NCBI GenBank assembly: GCA_040217195.1
Contig: JAVJNR010000004.1
Location: 320,001 to 384,000 of the forward strand
Source: Leptospiraceae bacterium
GTDB taxonomy: Bacteria; Spirochaetota; Leptospiria; Leptospirales; Leptonemataceae
Direction of reading: 5' to 3'
DNA: 64,000 nt
Part shown: positions 61,387 through 64,000 of the stretch, piece by piece
Layout of the letters: every line of letters begins with the position of its first letter
How positions within the stretch are numbered: the stretch's first letter is position 1
The notes under the pieces: model-generated
The model's database searches: none
What the model was told of the DNA's origin: nothing
Seen by the model: only the letters and a program-made list of their open reading frames with translations
Position numbers and translations under genes: made by a program

Positions 61387-62313
61387 ATGAAGTATCGCAA
61401 TAAATTACTCGCTGTAGCGTTCACCACTGTGTTCGCCAGCAGTGTTCATGCTGAAAGCTACTTGGGGCTTGGCGCAGGTCTACAATTTGACCTTGGTCAG
61501 CTCACCAATACTATCGCTCTGGACGGTCTTGAGAGTTCTGTCGGGAATGCTAATCTGACTGGCGTACAGCCTCTGTCCGGTTGCCCTACCACAGCCTGTC
61601 AAACTGAGGTTGCCGGAAGCAACCAGGACCTGATTATCTCTGAGCGAAATCTGGATGCTCTGGATAAGTCTACTGGCGACATGCTGTTCGACAACGAACT
61701 GAACGGCGGTATGACTGGTCTGCAGCTAACAGCTTTTTATGAGTCAGAAGGAGACAATACCTTCTGGAGACTGGGTGTACAGTACACCTTCAAGATTACT
61801 GGTGGTCATACCACTTCTAGACTGCTTGGCTTCAAGTGGCTGAATCAAGAGTGGGATTACTACGCATGGCAAGTGCCTTTCTACTATGGTTTCAAAACAG
61901 GAATCGGTGAGTCCGCATCTGTTTACGCCGGTGGTGGTGTTCACTACTTCAAAGGCGGTTGGAACGTAGGTGGTTACATCCTGGGTGATGTTCCTACATA
62001 TTTGCTGGGAACAGCAACAGGACCACATACCGTTCTGGATGCAGATACTGGCGCGCTGAAAGGCGGTAACGTAATCGGAGAAGCCGTTCGATTCCGTGTT
62101 TCTGGCTGGGGGTTCAACTTCCTCGTGGGTGTTGAGAAAAAGCTGGCAAACGGTAACAAACTATTCTTCGAAATGGACCGCGCCTACTCTGGTGGTATCG
62201 ACAACGCTCGAGCCGAAAGCCAGGCAGGTCAGCAGGGTCTGGCTCCTTTCCCTTCCTATCCAATTGCGATTGGTGGTTGGAGCTACCGATTCGGCTACAA
62301 AGTAGCTATGTAA
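61387..62313 (+). CDS. ompL1: Leptospiral porin OmpL1
   Basis: GLQFDLGQL...DGL N-terminus, NGGMTG, GFNFLVG and terminal RFGYK resemble OmpL1; strong RBS and own terminator. Confidence 0.85.
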   Translation: MKYRNKLLAVAFTTVFASSVHAESYLGLGAGLQFDLGQLTNTIALDGLESSVGNANLTGVQPLSGCPTTACQTEVAGSNQDLIISERNLDALDKSTGDMLFDNELNGGMTGLQLTAFYESEGDNTFWRLGVQYTFKITGGHTTSRLLGFKWLNQEWDYYAWQVPFYYGFKTGIGESASVYAGGGVHYFKGGWNVGGYILGDVPTYLLGTATGPHTVLDADTGALKGGNVIGEAVRFRVSGWGFNFLVGVEKKLANGNKLFFEMDRAYSGGIDNARAESQAGQQGLAPFPSYPIAIGGWSYRFGYKVAM

Positions 62314-62368
62314 GAAGTCTTCTGCTGTGAAGTAATTCGCAGCATTGAAGCGCCGGTCTTCCGGCCAG

Positions 62369-62393
62369 AGGCCGCCTTCGGGCGGCCTTTTTT
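62369..62393 (+). terminator. Intrinsic terminator of ompL1
   Basis: AGGCCGCC-TTCG-GGCGGCCT-TTTTT with a cUUCGg tetraloop. Confidence 0.9.
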
Positions 62394-62497
62394 GTTTCTA
62401 ATTTCAGCCCTCTTTTTCCCACAATGTAGCATCCATATTCTTAGCCGAAACAGGATTCGCTCTATCCCGGAATCCTTGCCTGCAAGGCCGCAGATCT

Positions 62498-62995
62498 CTA
62501 AGTGCCATTCAGAGATTTTTCATTTCCGGAATCCTGATCCTTACTGTGGGCACGGTTCATATACTCCCTCAGGTCTCCCATAGAGTCCAGGTCCTGTCGG
62601 GGAAGCACCGGATTCTTGCTGAAAATGTCTGACATGCACAGGATTTGATGTACGGGATGCTCTGGCTCATTTCTGCGATCCGCACGCTCGGCCGCCACTC
62701 CATCTTCATGAACCCAGCAGGTGGTGACTCTTCCCTGCTCATTTTGCAGCCGGGCAGCCACGTAGTAGAGATTGGACGGATAGGCACAGACCAGAATTCT
62801 CAAATTCTCTGGATTACCCACAGAGATGGCCTTTCTCATAAAATGGCATTCCTGAAGCGGAGCATAACTGTGTCGCCCGGTGCGTTCATCGAACTCCACC
62901 AGCATTTTGATAATTTCTTGAAAGTTTTCTTTTCCCTGTTCGATTTCTCTCCATTCAATCTTTTCTATCTTTCCAGTTGGCACCGTTTCATTCAT
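62498..62995 (-). CDS. Hypothetical protein
   Basis: 165-aa ORF with GGAGG RBS upstream; no recognised domain. Confidence 0.75.
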   Translation of the reverse strand: MNETVPTGKIEKIEWREIEQGKENFQEIIKMLVEFDERTGRHSYAPLQECHFMRKAISVGNPENLRILVCAYPSNLYYVAARLQNEQGRVTTCWVHEDGVAAERADRRNEPEHPVHQILCMSDIFSKNPVLPRQDLDSMGDLREYMNRAHSKDQDSGNEKSLNGT

Positions 62996-63071
62996 AGAAT
63001 TACTATCCTCCAGTATAGATTTAAGGCCCCTGTCTCCTCAGGTGCTATGGAGCCCCTGCGTTTACTCTTTT

Positions 63072-64000
63072 ATGGAACTGGAATGGACAGAAGCTGAGCA
63101 TCGAATTGTTCCGGATGAATCCCGAATCAGACTGGATTTATTCCTGGCTCGCAGATTTCCTGTGGTGAACCGAAGTGGATGGCAAAGCAGAATTCAGTCA
63201 GGCCATGTTCGGGTAAATGGTGAATTGGTGCGGCCAGGTCGAAAGCTACAGACCGGCGATGTGGTTCGTGTAGAATATCAAAAGAAGAAAGAGCCGGAGG
63301 TACTGACCGATGTAGGAATCATCTATAGAGACAGCTGCCTGCTGATTGTTAACAAACCTCCGAACCTTCCAGTGCATCCTTCCGGTAGCTATCATAAAAA
63401 TACTCTGCAACATGTGCTTATTGATTTGCTTTCCACTCCGCAGTTATTGTATAAACCCAGGCCGGTCCACAGGCTGGATCGAGAAACTTCCGGGATTATG
63501 CTTCTGGCTGAAAGCCAGGACTGTGCAAGGATACTATCCAGAATGATTCGCGGAAAGGAAATCCAGAAGGAATACCTTGTGCTGGTGGAAGGAGAGTTTC
63601 CAGGGCCAGAACCTTTGATCGCAGAAGGATGGATAGCACCGGACCCTGAAAGCGAAGTCAAAAAGAAGCAACGATACTGGCCCGGGGATTCCAAGGACCA
63701 TCCAGGGGATGCGAAAACCTGTAGAACCGATTTTCTCTGTCTGGATAGTCGAAACGGTTTAAGCCTTCTTCGCTGCAAATTACATACGGGACGAATGCAT
63801 CAAATACGGGCTACGTTGCATAGCATTGGCTTTCCGGTTGTGGGAGATCGAATGTATGGGGTGGATACAAGACAATACCTTCGCTTCATAAATGACAAAG
63901 AGACTGACGAACAGCGGCACCGATTGAGAATGAATCGAGTAGCCTTGCACAGTCATATCTTAAGGCTTAAACATCCGGATTCGGAGGAAGAACTGGAATT
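63072..64000 (+). CDS. RluA/RluD-family pseudouridine synthase with S4 domain, 3'-truncated
   Basis: Missing from the ORF track because it has no stop in the window. MELEW...RLDLFL S4 domain, NKPPNLPVHP, HRLDRETSG, TGRMHQIR. Confidence 0.92.
   Translation, partial: MELEWTEAEHRIVPDESRIRLDLFLARRFPVVNRSGWQSRIQSGHVRVNGELVRPGRKLQTGDVVRVEYQKKKEPEVLTDVGIIYRDSCLLIVNKPPNLPVHPSGSYHKNTLQHVLIDLLSTPQLLYKPRPVHRLDRETSGIMLLAESQDCARILSRMIRGKEIQKEYLVLVEGEFPGPEPLIAEGWIAPDPESEVKKKQRYWPGDSKDHPGDAKTCRTDFLCLDSRNGLSLLRCKLHTGRMHQIRATLHSIGFPVVGDRMYGVDTRQYLRFINDKETDEQRHRLRMNRVALHSHILRLKHPDSEEELE

Overview
Gene-dense, roughly 50% GC chromosomal window from a Leptospiraceae spirochete, inferred from ompL1, a LipL71/LruA-like lipoprotein next to STAS and tgt, and a HemR-type box upstream of hemA. 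About 50 CDS, mostly housekeeping or envelope: fliG, MCP, hemA, hemC-hemD fusion, PBP1A, ruvB, map, tgt, leuS, RNase HI, two RluA synthases, two M23 peptidases and two GGDEF-EAL proteins. Non-coding elements are a cobalamin riboswitch upstream of a btuB-like receptor and lipoprotein, a TGACA-N6-TGACA box, several intrinsic terminators and a 10-copy 18-bp tandem repeat. I saw no rRNA, tRNA, CRISPR array, integrase or transposase. The best candidate for an undescribed system is a cluster of ECF sigma, NrsF anti-sigma, DinB, a DedA/ATP-grasp fusion and a HAD hydrolase (6753-11074). Other candidates: a 57-codon leader ORF linking the B12 riboswitch to btuB, a Cfa plus geranylgeranyl-reductase-like pair, a >1000-aa unknown protein coupled to a FadL channel, a Het-C/VWA7-like secreted protein beside DUF2314, and a histone-H1-like insert in LeuRS. 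All family calls come from motif recognition by eye; no searches were run.
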